Under the pieces are notes generated by a model that saw only the letters and a program-made list of their open reading frames with translations, did not search any database and was not told the DNA's origin. Position numbers and translations under genes: made by a program. A DNA stretch of 63,758 nucleotides, the filler included, from Octopus bimaculoides (Eukaryota): assembly GCF_001194135.2 (NCBI RefSeq). It is 9 parts of 9 records of this genome, joined end to end, with 100 filler letters (N's around TTAATTAATTAA, not from the genome) between each part and the next. Parts side by side here need not be neighbours in the genome. Positions count along the whole stretch, not along the records: positions 1 to 6,025 come from NC_068989.1; positions 6,126 to 13,980 come from NC_068984.1; 7 more parts are not named here. The stretch is one strand, 5' to 3'. Each line of letters opens with the position of its first letter. The stretch's first letter is position 1. Of the stretch, positions 1-13,088 are shown piece after piece.

Positions 1-37
1 TGCAAATTATACACACACGCACGCACGCGCACACATT

Positions 38-71
<34 letters not shown>

Positions 72-1550
72 ATCTTCTCTCTCTCACACACAGAGAACAA
101 ACTTTAAGAAGGAAAAAGCTGATAGAGACTTCGAAATAAGAAGGAATTAAAGCAGAGGGGAGAACGAACGGCAACAAAAGTGGAAAGAGACTGTAAAAGC
201 GTAAAAAGTGAAAGCAAAGAGAACGAAAGAAGCAAACTAAATGGGAAAATAGTTTCTATGACAGAATGAATGGAAATTATGACACAACCGTGTAGAAAGG
301 AATTGCGTTGTAGAAAAAACATACACAAAATCATTGTTGCTGTCTCTGTTTGCTTTTGCTGTTTTAGCTGCAAGTCACTTTTGATCCAGATGATGAAAGA
401 TTTTTCAACTGCAACCATCCCATGTTTTTTTTTTCAGAGACAGTATATCTTGGAGTATTTAATAATATTTTAAATACTGCAGGGTATGAGTTGAGGCAGG
501 CTTGGCTTCTACTTCTAGTTGATCAAGAGATGAAGTTGATTCGAAAAGCTAAAAGGAGAGAAAAGAAATATAGGATAGAATTTACACAAAACACATTTAA
601 TGGAAAAGTTGCAATATTCGGTATAGTAACAAGTTTTGAAATTGAGAAATTAGTAACGCTAGGAATTGTATAGATAAACTATGTATGTTATGGATAAAAT
701 ATCAGGAAAAGTGTTGTTGCTATGTCTTGTAGCAATGAATTTTCCATGCTTTATTATGTTGATAGCAGAGATGAACGAAGAAAGAAGCATGTTTATGGTA
801 GAGTTAGATTAAAAAAAAAAAAAGAAACAATAACATTACATAGGAAGAAATGTATAAAAATTAACAACGAAAATCATTTGGTTACATGAAACAAATATTA
901 TGAGAGAAATATAATATTAGAGGGCAGCAACACAGAAAACCTAATGTGTTAGAGCAGGAATGAAATATGAAAGGAAAGAGAAAAAGATAGATCATATTTT
1001 ATGGAACAACATAAAGTAAAAATGATATAGAATAGGAAAAGGATACAAAAGAAAAAAAGAAAAATAAATTATGGAAAAAGAACGCAAAGTTTGTCGGAGA
1101 ACTGGAGGAAGTTTTATACTGAATATTATAAGTTAGAAATGATATTCGAGAATTGCAGACGATAAGTAAAATGGACGCTGTCGGATATGATTTTTCAGCA
1201 CGCTACAGCAGATAATCTTTTGGCTTCGGTGGAAATTGACTTCGTGTAATTTTACGAATCATATTTCTATCATTCACACATACGATATGTGGATTTAATC
1301 TTAATAGTTTTATTGATTCCATTTTTTCGTACAAAAATCAATCATTGAAAAGTATTTCTTATTAACACTTTTTCTTTTGTTTTTGATATATTTAATTAAT
1401 TGCTTTGTAAAAGATTAGAGGAAATCGCTTTGACAGGCGAACAATAGGATCAATTTTTCACAGACGTTTTAATACAAAATAAGAAAAATTATTTGATCGA
1501 TATATACAGAATACTAAATGTATGAGAGATAACTGTTGTGAAGAGAAAAG

Positions 1551-2072
1551 GCATGGCAATGTGGTAAGAAGTTTGCTTCCCAATCATATGGCTTGGGGTT
1601 CACTCTCACTGCGCGTTACCATGGGCAAGTGTCTTCTGTTATAGCTCCGTACCGACTAAAACCTTGGGAGCCTTGTAAGTGGATTTGGGAGTTGGAAACT
1701 GAAAGAAACCCGCCGTGTGTGTGTGTATGTGTATACCAGTGTGTGTGTACTAGTGTGTGCGCTTGCATATGTGTGATGGCCCGTGTGTGTGTATGTGTAT
1801 GTTCTTGTGTGCGTGCGTGCCAGTGTGTGTGTGTGTGTGTGCGCGCGTGTGCCAATGTGTGTGTATTTATGTTTGTCACCAACACACCATTTGTGGTGTG
1901 TTGGTGATGGGTTATTTACATTCTCGTAATATAGGGCTTCGGTAAAAAGAGTGCCATAGAACAAGTATTAGATTTTAAAAGAAAATAAGTACTAGGATCG
2001 ATTTACTCGACTAAAGCCTTTCAATTGGTGCCTCAACATGGTTGCAGTCTAATAACTGAAACAATAAAAGAC
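1551..2072 (+). mobile_element. SINE family B (tRNA-like head, internal (TG)n tract, conserved tail)
   Basis: Head gtggtaagaagtttgcttcccaa..gggttcactctcactgcg..gggcaagtgtcttct; internal TG microsatellite ~1714-1870; tail ..ttcgactaaa..gcagtctaataactgaaacaa. Same layout recurs at 50304-50890 and 58335-58739. Confidence 0.85.
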
Positions 2073-2349
2073 AAATATATCCGATAGCTATAGTGTACAC
2101 ATCAGGTTCGATTCCAGCTGTGAACCAGCATTTACATTTACACATTAATGACCTCGAGAGAGAGTTGAATGTCTTCCTATATCCTCTTCATGCAAATGAG
2201 AAATTTTGTACCTCAATGGAGTTCATTTTGTTTTATCTTTCTCTTGCAACACATCAGATGCATATAATTGCGGAATATTAGAATAACCATTAGCAAGAGA
2301 AGACAGAGAATAAAATATGAGACAAATAAAAAAAAAACACGCATATATA

Positions 2350-2407
<58 letters not shown>

Positions 2408-2520
2408 GAATGAGTAGATGGACAATTAGATAAATAGAGAGAGATAGAAAGATAGACAGACAAAAGATGATGGCTAGATAGGTAGATAGATAGACAGAGA
2501 AACAGAGAGACAAATAGACG

Positions 2521-2564
<44 letters not shown>
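2350..2564 (+). repeat. (GATA)n/(GA)n microsatellite running into a gap
   Basis: Directly visible tandem gata and ga units. Confidence 0.95.
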
Positions 2565-3011
2565 NNNNNNNNNNNNNNNNNNNNNNNNNNNNNNNNNNNN
2601 NNNNNNNNNNNNNNNNNNNNNNNNNNNNNNNNNNNNNNNNNNNNNNNNNNNNNNNNNNNNNNNNNNNNNNNNNNNNNNNNNNNNNNNNNNNNNNNNNNNN
2701 NNNNNNNNNNNNNNNNNNNNNNNNNNNNNNNNNNNNNNNNNNNNNNNNNNNNNNNNNNNNNNNNNNNNNNNNNNNNNNNNNNNNNNNNNNNNNNNNNNNN
2801 NNNNNNNNNNNNNNNNNNNNNNNNNNNNNNNNNNNNNNNNNNNNNNNNNNNNNNNNNNNNNNNNNNNNNNNNNNNNNNNNNNNNNNNNNNNNNNNNNNNN
2901 NNNNNNNNNNNNNNNNNNNNNNNNNNNNNNNNNNNNNNNNNNNNNNNNNNNNNNNNNNNNNNNNNNNNNNNNNNNNNNNNNNNNNNNNNNNNNNNNNNNN
3001 NNNNNNNNNNN

Positions 3012-3070
<59 letters not shown>

Positions 3071-4323
3071 ACATACAAGCACACACACGCATGCATATAT
3101 AAATATTTGGGACTATGCCTGTGTATTTATGTGTAGAACTTGAAGCATAAATTAAAACAACAAAGAGGGAGTGGTGACGGAGTTGAGATGGTCTGAGTCG
3201 GTAAAAACCAGTCAATAACATTCATTAAATATTATCAGCTGACAGTTAAAGTGGAGTTTTAGGATCGGAATTAAAGACATTAACCATGCCATTGTGGCAG
3301 CATTTCCTCAACATACTGCCTCACCATCAGATAATTTATTCCGTATACATACATACATACATACATACATACTTTACATACAAACATCAAAACATCTGTC
3401 AAATATAAGCATAACAAGCCGGATATTGTTATCTGGGACACAGAGGAAATATGTATNNNNNNNNNNNNNNNNNNNNNNNNNNNNNNNNNNNNNNNNNNNN
3501 NNNNNNNNNNNNNNNNNNNNNNNNNNNNNNNNNNNNNNNNNNNNNNNNNNNNNNNNNNNNNNNNNNNNNNNNNNNNNNNNNNNNNNNNNNNNNNNNNNNN
3601 NNNNNNNNNNNNNNNNNNNNNNNNNNNNNNNNNNNNNNNNNNNNNNNNNNNNNNNNNNNNNNNNNNNNNNNNNNNNNNNNNNNNNNNNNNNNNNNNNNNN
3701 NNNNNNNNNNNNNNNNNNNNNNNNNNNNNNNNNNNNNNNNNNNNNNNNNNNNNNNNNNNNNNNNNNNNNNNNNNNNNNNNNNNNNNNNNNNNNNNNNNNN
3801 NNNNNNNNNNNNNNNNNNNNNNNNNNNNNNNNNNNNNNNNNNNNNNNNNNNNNNNNNNNNNGTATATTTAAAGTTTGTGGTGTGCGAAATGTAGAAGTAA
3901 TTATTGGGTGTAATATATGTGGTGGTGTGATAGTGGTGATAGGCAAACCTACCACTTACCTATATATATATATATATATACATACACGCGCACACATACA
4001 TATAGACAGATACACGTACATATGCAGACACATATACTTATATACACACAAGCTTGCATACATATACACCTACAGAGACACATACATACATAGTTACATA
4101 TACATGATACGTGCATACGTACATACATACATACATGCATACATACATACATGCATGCATGCATGCATACATACATAGTGTAAGCTTTCACAGGAATTGT
4201 CATATTAATAGTATCTACCTTGGAAAAAAAACGAGAGAGAGATGTTATGTATATGTGTGTGTGGGTGTATACACATATGAATGCATATGTATATTATGTA
4301 TGTAAGTATGTATACACACACAC

Positions 4324-4367
<44 letters not shown>

Positions 4368-4771
4368 ATAAGAGTGAAAAAACTACAGAAGGCTTGTGTT
4401 ACTTGGTTAAAGTATATATTTAAATTATGTCAGAAAAATGTTAGAAAAATGTTAGAAAAATGTTAGAANNNNNNNNNNNNNNNNNNNNNNNNNNNNNNNN
4501 NNNNNNNNNNNNNNNNNNNNNNNNNNNNNNNNNNNNNNNNNNNNNNNNNNNNNNNNNNNNNNNNNNNNNNNNNNNNNNNNNNNNNNNNNNNNNNNNNNNN
4601 NNNNNNNNNNNNNNNNNNNNNNNNNNNNNNNNNNNNNNNNNNNNNNNNNNNNNNNNNNNNNNNNNNNNNNNNNNNNNNNNNNNNNNNNNNNNNNNNNNNN
4701 NNNNNNNNNNNNNNNNNNNNNNNNNNNNNNNNNNNNNNNNNNNNNNNNNNNNNNNNNNNNNNNNNNNNNNN

Positions 4772-4829
<58 letters not shown>

Positions 4830-5339
4830 TGTATGCATGTATGTATGTATATATCTGTTTGAGTTAGAGGTTAAGCAACCAACTGAGGGATAATAAATAT
4901 CCAATATATTACTGGATGTATAACAATGTATTTATAATCAAATGTTTACTATTGCAGAGCATTATCGCAATTGAATACTAGATATGGGTGGGGGTAAAGC
5001 AGAAATTTACCCAGAATTTATAAGGCAAATAAGAAAATAGAGAGGATAAGCAATCGACAAACATCAGCTTGTAAACATTCAATTAAATGAAATCAACTAA
5101 TAAATACATTTTCTTTTTTTTTTTTTTTTAAGTTTCAGTTTAGAGCTGCGGCCATGCTGATGCACCACCGTGTAAAAACAGAAAAAATGCCACTAAGCGT
5201 TTTGTCCAGCATGCTAATGATTCTGCCAGTTAATCAATCAATAAATAGATATAATTGAATGTTTACTGGCTGATGTTTGTCAATTGTTTATCCTCTCCAT
5301 TTTCTTATTTGCCTTATACACACACATACACACACAAAG

Positions 5340-5457
5340 TACTGGGCTTAAAATAAATAAGCACTGGGGTCATTCGTCTGAATAAAATTCTTCAAGGCGG
5401 TGCTCCAGCGTGGCCACAGTCTAATGACTGAAACAAGTGAATTATAAAAGATAAAAG

Positions 5458-5460
<3 letters not shown>
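5340..5460 (+). mobile_element. SINE B 3' tail fragment
   Basis: ..cttcaaggcggtgctccagcgtggccacagtctaatgactgaaacaagt matches the tail of full copies. Confidence 0.8.
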
Positions 5461-5515
<55 letters not shown>

Positions 5516-5699
5516 GTATGTGTGTACCCCAAATTCATGTTTATACGTCACCTGTTCACCAAATAGACCTCGATAAAAATTAAGCATTGCGTTTTGATAC
5601 GACTAGAGCCGTGATGGCGATGCCCGAGTATGGCCATATTTCAAAGGGTGAAACTGGTAAAAATAGAAATAAAAGACACACACACGTGTATATAGGGTG

Positions 5700-5982
5700 A
5701 CCCCCTTTGGTCATGATTGACCATTGGATTGTACCTAGAAAGTTACCCTCCGAACCACAAGTCCGTGCATGTTTGTTTATGGAAGACCAGCAGTCGCCCA
5801 TGCATATCAGCCTCCCCTCTTCACACCACCGATGTCGCAACTCATTTCTACAGCTGAGTAAACTGGAACAATGTGAAATAAGTGACTTGCTCAGGAGCAT
5901 AACACAACACAGAGCCCGGGAATCGAACTCACAACCTCACGATCGTAAGCTCGACGCTCTAACCATTGAGCCATGCACCTTC
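5700..5982 (-). mobile_element. SINE family C (tRNA-like head), body variant 1
   Basis: Minus strand reads gcatggctcaatggttagagcgtcgagcttacgatcgtgaggttgtgagttcgattcccggg (A/B-box-like motifs), then gtgttatgctcctgagcaagtcactt. Confidence 0.8.
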
Positions 5983-5987
5983 GTGTG

Positions 5988-6025
<38 letters not shown>

Positions 6026-6125
6026 NNNNNNNNNNNNNNNNNNNNNNNNNNNNNNNNNNNNNNNNNNNNTTAATTAATTAANNNNNNNNNNNNNNNNNNN
6101 NNNNNNNNNNNNNNNNNNNNNNNNN

Positions 6126-6424
6126 AAATGGTTCCGGATTCTACTTTGTGAGTAGGTTTGGTTGACGGAAACTGGTAGAAGCCCGTAGTATATATATATA
6201 TATTTGTGTGCGTCTCTGTTTGTCCCCACCCCACCTCACCACATCGCTTGAACAACCGAAGCTGGTGCATTTATGTCCCAGTAAATTAGCGGTTCGGCAA
6301 GAAAACGATAGAAAAAGTACTAGGCTTACAAAGAATAAGTCCTGGGGTTGATTTCTTCGACTAACACCCTTTAAGGCGACGCTCCAGCATGGCCGCAGTC
6401 AAATGACTGAAACAAGTTAAAGAA
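6126..6424 (+). mobile_element. SINE B (head truncated by gap)
   Basis: ggaaactggtagaagcccgt, short AT spacer, then standard tail to gcagtcaaatgactgaaacaag. Confidence 0.8.
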
Positions 6425-6579
6425 TGCATATAAACAAAAGCAAATATTATTCACACGCAGGAACATACGTACACACACACACACTCACACATACATATAT
6501 GCATACATACATACATACATACATGCATGCATACATACATACATACATACATACATACATACATACATACATACATACA

Positions 6580-7165
6580 GTGGATGTTAACATAAAGCTG
6601 AAGATCAGTGAAAAAGAGAACACCTATGCTGAACTATTGAGAAATCTGCAGTTACTCTATCCAGATTACAAGCTCAGGTTTATACCTGTAATTATTTGGG
6701 TTCTGGCATATCTAACACACTGCCTAAATACCAATCTTGAGAACTTAGGCTTTTCAATACCAGAAAGGAGAAAGCTAATACGAAGACTACAGATCCGTTC
6801 CATCACTGGAACTATAAAAATCTATAAAACTTGCCAGAAATTTATCATTTAAATATATATGAGCATGTCTAGATATGTAACTATATGCATGAGAATACGT
6901 ACATAAAACATACATACATACATACATACAAAATACCCTGTTGTTGATGGTAAAATTCCAATGAAGGAACCTTGGATCTAGGTTAGAAACTGGTTCTTTC
7001 TCTATCGGCAAGAAATCTTGAAATAAACTGAATAATGACATACAAATAAATATACCCTGTTGTTGATGTTGAAATTCCAATGAAGGAAACCTTGGATCTA
7101 GGTTAGAAACCGACTCTTTCTCTATTAGCAAGAAATCTTGAAATAAAACTGAACAATGACATACA
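6580..7165 (+). mobile_element. 3' end of an R4/Dong-like (RLE-type) non-LTR retrotransposon with a duplicated 3' UTR segment
   Basis: 6580-6852 encodes VDVNIKLKISEKENTYAELLRNLQLLYPDYKLRFIPVIIWVLAY..RRLQIRSITGTIKIYKTCQKFII*, resembling the C-terminal restriction-like endonuclease region (EK..Y..L, IPVIIG.LG). Begins inside (TACA)n; terminal ~115 bp occurs twice (6931-7043, 7049-7164). Confidence 0.7.
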
Positions 7166-7321
7166 TATTTATAGTTATAAATGACGAAAGAAATTCTATG
7201 ATGAAAATTTATTTCACTATAAGAGAATTCAAATACCACGACAAACTATATATGATATATATATATATATATAGTTATATATCATGATATATATATATAG
7301 TTATATATATACTTATATAAG

Positions 7322-7392
<71 letters not shown>

Positions 7393-9189
7393 GTTATATA
7401 TATAGTTATATAAACTATATATATATAGTTATATAATCTATATATATATATATGTATGATGGCTCAACTGACCGAAACTTCGAAGTCACTGTCAACAATA
7501 TTTTTGTTTATATACATATATGTGTGTGTTTATTTATTGATGGATATTTTGAAGTATGTACGCTGACATATGCACGCGCACAAATATATACATAGAACGA
7601 TATTTTGCACTTTACTCGTGGATAAATAGATATATGTATGTGTGTATATGTGTATGTGTTTTGTAATGCGACAACGTTATATTTGATACTTGTTTCAGTA
7701 TTAAACATGACAATGCCTCGGTAGAAGCGTGACATCCAATATCAGATTCGTCACTGTGTATTTCCGTTCTCGTTGTTCAAATACCTTGCACTCTAATTAC
7801 ATCTCGCTAGTGAAAATAGAGGAAATGTAATTTAGTAATTCTAATATTTTGGATGAATAGATTCTGTGGAAAATACATGAAGGAAACTATCATTGCTAAA
7901 TAGATTATCATATGTCTTTTATACAAAGATGGATAATGCTCTTCAATATTTAATTTTTGTCGATCGTATAACTGGCTAATGTCACTTAACGTTATATTTC
8001 TGTCTGGCACATGAGATTTTCGTCATTTTCTTCTACTGACAATTTGTCCGTGACATTATCATTTAACCTCTGCATCATTTGTTTACTTATCTTCCATTGT
8101 CATTTGATTTCAGCTTGCAATATTTTGCAATTAACTTTAATTACTTCTTTTGTTTTCTGGGAGCTCTGAATTTTTTTTGTGTCGCAGGAAATAATTATTT
8201 GTCATTTTCTTTTATGCATTGTTTACTCCTATGAAGATGGAGTCATTTTCTTCTTATGTATGAAAGAGAACGTATACAACTCAATCAACAATTCACATCT
8301 TATTGCCTCTCATTTGAACGCTCGGTGTAGAGGCCCTCCTTAGCATACACAATTCTCGCACATTTCAGCTTTGCGAAAACAGTATCTTAGAAATGCAGTA
8401 TCTTAGAAATACTTTCTAAGATACTTTCTAAGATTTCTTAGAAATAATTTCTAAGATACTTTCCAGTATCTTAGAAATGCATCACTGATACACAGTTCTT
8501 CGAGAGGAATTAAGAAATGGAGGAATGGTCTGATAGCACTGGTAATAATGAAAAAGAATATTTTATGGTGATGAATATGTTAACTAGTTTCTAGAACACA
8601 GAATTTTTTTCTTTTGTTTGAGTAGCCGTGAGGAAAGAAATTTACTTTCCATCCACGTGGNNNNNNNNNNNNNNNNNNNNNNNNNNNNNNNNNNNNNNNN
8701 NNNNNNNNNNNNNNNNNNNNNNNNNNNNNNNNNNNNNNNNNNNNNNNNNNNNNNNNNNNNNNNNNNNNNNNNNNNNNNNNNNNNNNNNNNNNNNNNNNNN
8801 NNNNNNNNNNNNNNNNNNNNNNNNNNNNNNNNNNNNNNNNNNNNNNNNNNNNNNNNNNNNNNNNNNNNNNNNNNNNNNNNNNNNNNNNNNNNNNNNNNNN
8901 NNNNNNNNNNNNNNNNNNNNNNNNNNNNNNNNNNNNNNNNNNNNNNNNNNNNNNNNNNNNNNNNNNNNNNNNNNNNNNNNNNNNNNNNNNNNNNNNNNAT
9001 ATATATATATATATATATAAGAAAATGAGATGACAAAAGAATAAATGTATCTAATGAACTTCATTAGCTTACAACTGTTTCTGCTATAAGATGCAGTGGG
9101 TGGACTCATAGCTGAGTGTCTGAGTAACAATTTATAGCTTCATCGGAGCCTCGGATATGAAATGCACGATATATTACGCGCACGCGCGT

Positions 9190-9405
9190 ATCTTTGTGTC
9201 TGTATTTGTCTCCCCCACCACCAAAAGACAACCTGTGTTGGTTTGTTTACATCTCTGTAACATAGCGGTTCGCCAAAAACAAACTAATAGAATAAATATC
9301 AAGCTTTGCAAAAAACATGAACTGGAATCGATTCGTTCGACTAAAATTCTTCAAGGTGGTGTCCAGCATGGCCGCAGTCTAATGACTGAAACAGGTAAAA
9401 GAATA
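9190..9405 (+). mobile_element. SINE B 3' half
   Basis: tgtctgtatttgtctccccc..tagcggttcgcc..aaaattcttcaaggtggtgtccagcatggccgcagtctaatgactgaaacagg. Confidence 0.8.
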
Positions 9406-9839
9406 TAACAGTATATATGTATTTTGATACTTAAACTGTTTCTAACATTTTCTATTACTATCAAAGAATATGTATATGTATTTTTCCATATATGTATTTT
9501 CATACTTACACTGTTTTTAACATTTTCGTCTTATTATCAGAGAATGTGTGATAATCAGTATGTAACACTACAAAGCTCATACAAAGCTTTATACTTTAAA
9601 TATATTCCTCTTATTATCGTCAAAGAATGTATATATGCATTTTAATACTCAAACCGTTTTTTAACATTTTCTATTATTCTCAAAGACTTTTGTTAATCTT
9701 TTTCTAAAAAAGTGAAACCGGTTAAGTAAATAAATATCTTTAAAATAAGTGCATTTTCAAACCTTCTTTCATATATATTTCCACTCGTACGGTATTCCAC
9801 AACTTTACTTTATTATATATATATATATAAGTATATATA

Positions 9840-10640
9840 TTACCTCGTCAAGTATGAAATTTGTAGAAAAGAAAAAGTTTGCTAATGTTTTATAAATACA
9901 AGGAATAGTTTTATTCATCAAAGTATGCACCATATTGTCAATACATTTTTGCCATTTCAGCAGTAGCTTGTCCAGCCCGAAACTGTAAAAGCCTGGCAAT
10001 CTAGAGTGAATAAAATCTTGGAAAGAAGAGTGGATGAAATTTGTGCAGCATCGTCGGAATTAAATTTTTATTCCTATCAAAAAGTTATCCAAATTCTGGA
10101 AGAAGTGGTAGTCAGTGGAGGCAAGATCAGGTGAGTATGATGGATGATGGAGAACTTCCAACTCCAACTCCTGTAGTTTCACTAATGTAATTTTTGCGAT
10201 GTGTTGTCTGGCGTTGTTTTGCAATAAAATAGGAGTGAATCTGTTGACTAATCTAAGCTGGGTTCTTTTTTGTAAGTTTCTGCATCATTTGGTCCAGTTG
10301 GCTGCAGTATACTTCGATCGTGATTGATGAGCCAGGTTTAATGAAATTATAATGAATCACACTTGCGCCAGACCACCAAACACACACTATCAGCTTCTTT
10401 TGGTGAATTTTGCTTTGTGGACTGTGTTTGGTGGCTCGTCTTTGAACAATCATTGTGCTGAACGTTTATGGTTGTTGTACTGGATCCATTTCTTATCAAG
10501 TTACAATTCGATTCAAAAATGATTCATTTTTGTGACGAGAAAGTAGCATAATATAGGCTTCCAAACGTTGCTGTTTCTGATTTTCATTGTGTTCATATGG
10601 AACTCACTTATTCAACTTTTTCACCTTCCCAATTTGAACT
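9840..10640 (-). mobile_element. Decayed mariner (DD34D) transposase, catalytic domain
   Basis: ORF 10253-10453: KIHQKKLIVCVWWSGASVIHYNFIKPGSSITIEVYCSQLDQMMQKL; a frameshifted HPPYSPDLAPTDYHF-like segment near 10085-10150; C-terminal FYSFGLDKLLLKWQKCIDN (ORF 9805-9999). Multiple stops and frameshifts. Confidence 0.9.
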
Positions 10641-10672
10641 ATATACATACATCTAATATGTATGGACTACGT

Positions 10673-10708
<36 letters not shown>

Positions 10709-12547
10709 GCGTGCGTGTGTGCGTGTGTGTGAGTGTGTGTGTGTGTATATGAATACATGTATGTATATATGAGCCAAGAAGTAATATCTATGTAAGGGCA
10801 GTTGAAATAGTAAACAAATCACCCTCCGGTCACATCCTGCTGTCTTATTTATGTTTCAATGGGCCAATTTAGGAGCCCCTGCGTGTTATATTAACCTGCT
10901 AGAAATATCACCTAGAATTCCTCCAAGCTCCACTCTTTACAGACTTCAATTTTTATGTCACATTCAGTTTTCCCGGACCATCTCATGCACAATTATTAAA
11001 AGTTGTCGGGCTAAACATGGTGGATAAAGTAACCGTATAAAAAGCCTGTTTTTAATCTTTTTTTTTTTTCACGTAATCAGCTTCATCGAGTTATTTCATG
11101 AGTTGGAAACGCTGATACTCTCTTCATCATAACACCACAGGAAAGAAAACCCACAAGAATACTGTTTGTCTTGAGATATTGGATTTAACAAGTGACGAGA
11201 AATATCTGCTGTAATTTCTACTTTAGTAAAGGAAAAAATCCAGACTGTATTTATAAATTAATTACTTTGGAATGTTTGTCAAAATCAGCACGTTACTCTA
11301 TGGTGTTTACTATGGTACGATGCTTCGGCTGCACAATGTTTCCATGCTTTTACTATAGAGAAGTATTTCTACTCATATTTCAAATTTTAAATTTCTATAT
11401 TTATATTGTTTCCACGGAAGGGCAGTAATGCCTTATCTACTGGAATATTTTATATTACTGGGTTTGCTTCACGTTCCTCTACAATAACTAGCTCACAGAC
11501 CAACCAAAAATCAAAAAATCCCTTTTAACTCTTCCTTCCTCCCACCCCAGCTAGCCAGTCATATTGTCTCTTAAGACAGCAAACATTCCCTCAATACACA
11601 CAAGAGAAAAAAGCTAGGTCAGTTCCTCCTCAACTTTTTGCGAACTCTTAAATATATTTCCTGGGTATATATATACATATTTTACCAAATCCTTTTTGTT
11701 ATAACAACGTTGTAAACTGTTTCAAACATATTCTTCTTATTATTATCAAAGAATCTATATATGTATTTTGATACTTAAACTGTTTCTAACATTTTCTATT
11801 ACTATCAAAGAATATGTATATGTATTTTTCCATATATGTATTTTCATACTTACACTGTTTNNNNNNNNNNNNNNNNNNNNNNNNNNNNNNNNNNNNNNNN
11901 NNNNNNNNNNNNNNNNNNNNNNNNNNNNNNNNNNNNNNNNNNNNNNNNNNNNNNNNNNNNNNNNNNNNNNNNNNNNNNNNNNNNNNNNNNNNNNNNNNNN
12001 NNNNNNNNNNNNNNNNNNNNNNNNNNNNNNNNNNNNNNNNNNNNNNNNNNNNNNNNNNNNNNNNNNNNNNNNNNNNNNNNNNNNNNNNNNNNNNNNNNNN
12101 NNNNNNNNNNNNNNNNNNNNNNNNNNNNNNNNNNNNNNNNNNNNNNNNNNNNNNNNNNNNNNNNNNNNNNNNNNNNNNNNNNNNNNNNNNNNNNNNNNNN
12201 NNNNNNNNNNNNNNNNNNNNNNNNNNNNNNNNNNNNNNNNNNNNNNNNNNNNNNNNNNNNNNNNNNNNNNNNNNNNNNNNNNNNNNNNNNNNNNNNNNNN
12301 NNNNNNNNNNNNNNNNNNNNNNNNNNNNNNNNNNNNNNNNNNNNNNNNNNNNNNNNNNNNNNNNNNNNNNNNNNNNNNNNNNNNNNNNNNNNNNNNNNNN
12401 NNNNNNNNNNNNNNNNNNNNNNNNNNNNNNNNNNNNNNNNNNNNNNNNNNNNNNNNNNNNNNNNNNNNNNNNNNNNNNNNNNNNNNNNNNNNNNNNNNNN
12501 NNNNNNNNNNNNNNNNNNNNNNNNNNNNNNNNNNNNNNNNNNNNNNN

Positions 12548-12606
<59 letters not shown>

Positions 12607-12679
12607 TGCACGCACGCTTCGCGCGCAAGAGAGTTAGTTTTAGGCTTACATTAGTTGCATGTAAATATATTAAGGATTT

Positions 12680-12890
12680 CGTTCCCCTTTCCTTCTTTCA
12701 GTCATTAGACGCCGACCATGCTGGAGCACTGCCTCGAAGAGTTTGAATCCCACAAATACCAGTCTGTATTTATTCTATCGGTCTCATTGCCGAACCGCTA
12801 CCCTATTAGGACATAAAGAAACTAACACCGGTTGTCAAGCTGTATGGGGGGCCTGATACACTCGCACACACACACACACACAAACCTCTT
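12680..12890 (-). mobile_element. SINE B 3' half
   Basis: Plus strand cagtcattagacgccgaccatgctggagcactgcc..gccgaaccgct..caccggttgtcaagc is the reverse complement of the tail. Confidence 0.75.
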
Positions 12891-13088
12891 ACCAGACAGC
12901 TAGAATAATTTTTATGCTTTTTTACAAACCTTACAAATTTGAAAGTGATTTTGGGTGATGGAAATGTAAGGGTTTTACATTTCACTAACTCTTGGAAAGA
13001 ATATATTGAAGATTTTTATCATTGTTTGTAGATTTGAACTCAAGGCTAAGAATCTAACAACATACTTCTTTATTAAATAGTGAACCAA

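Noticed and set aside
1593-1964. CV/HT/YI-rich ORFs here and throughout the window
   Set aside because: Translations of (TG)n, (CA)n, (TA)n and (TACA)n microsatellites.
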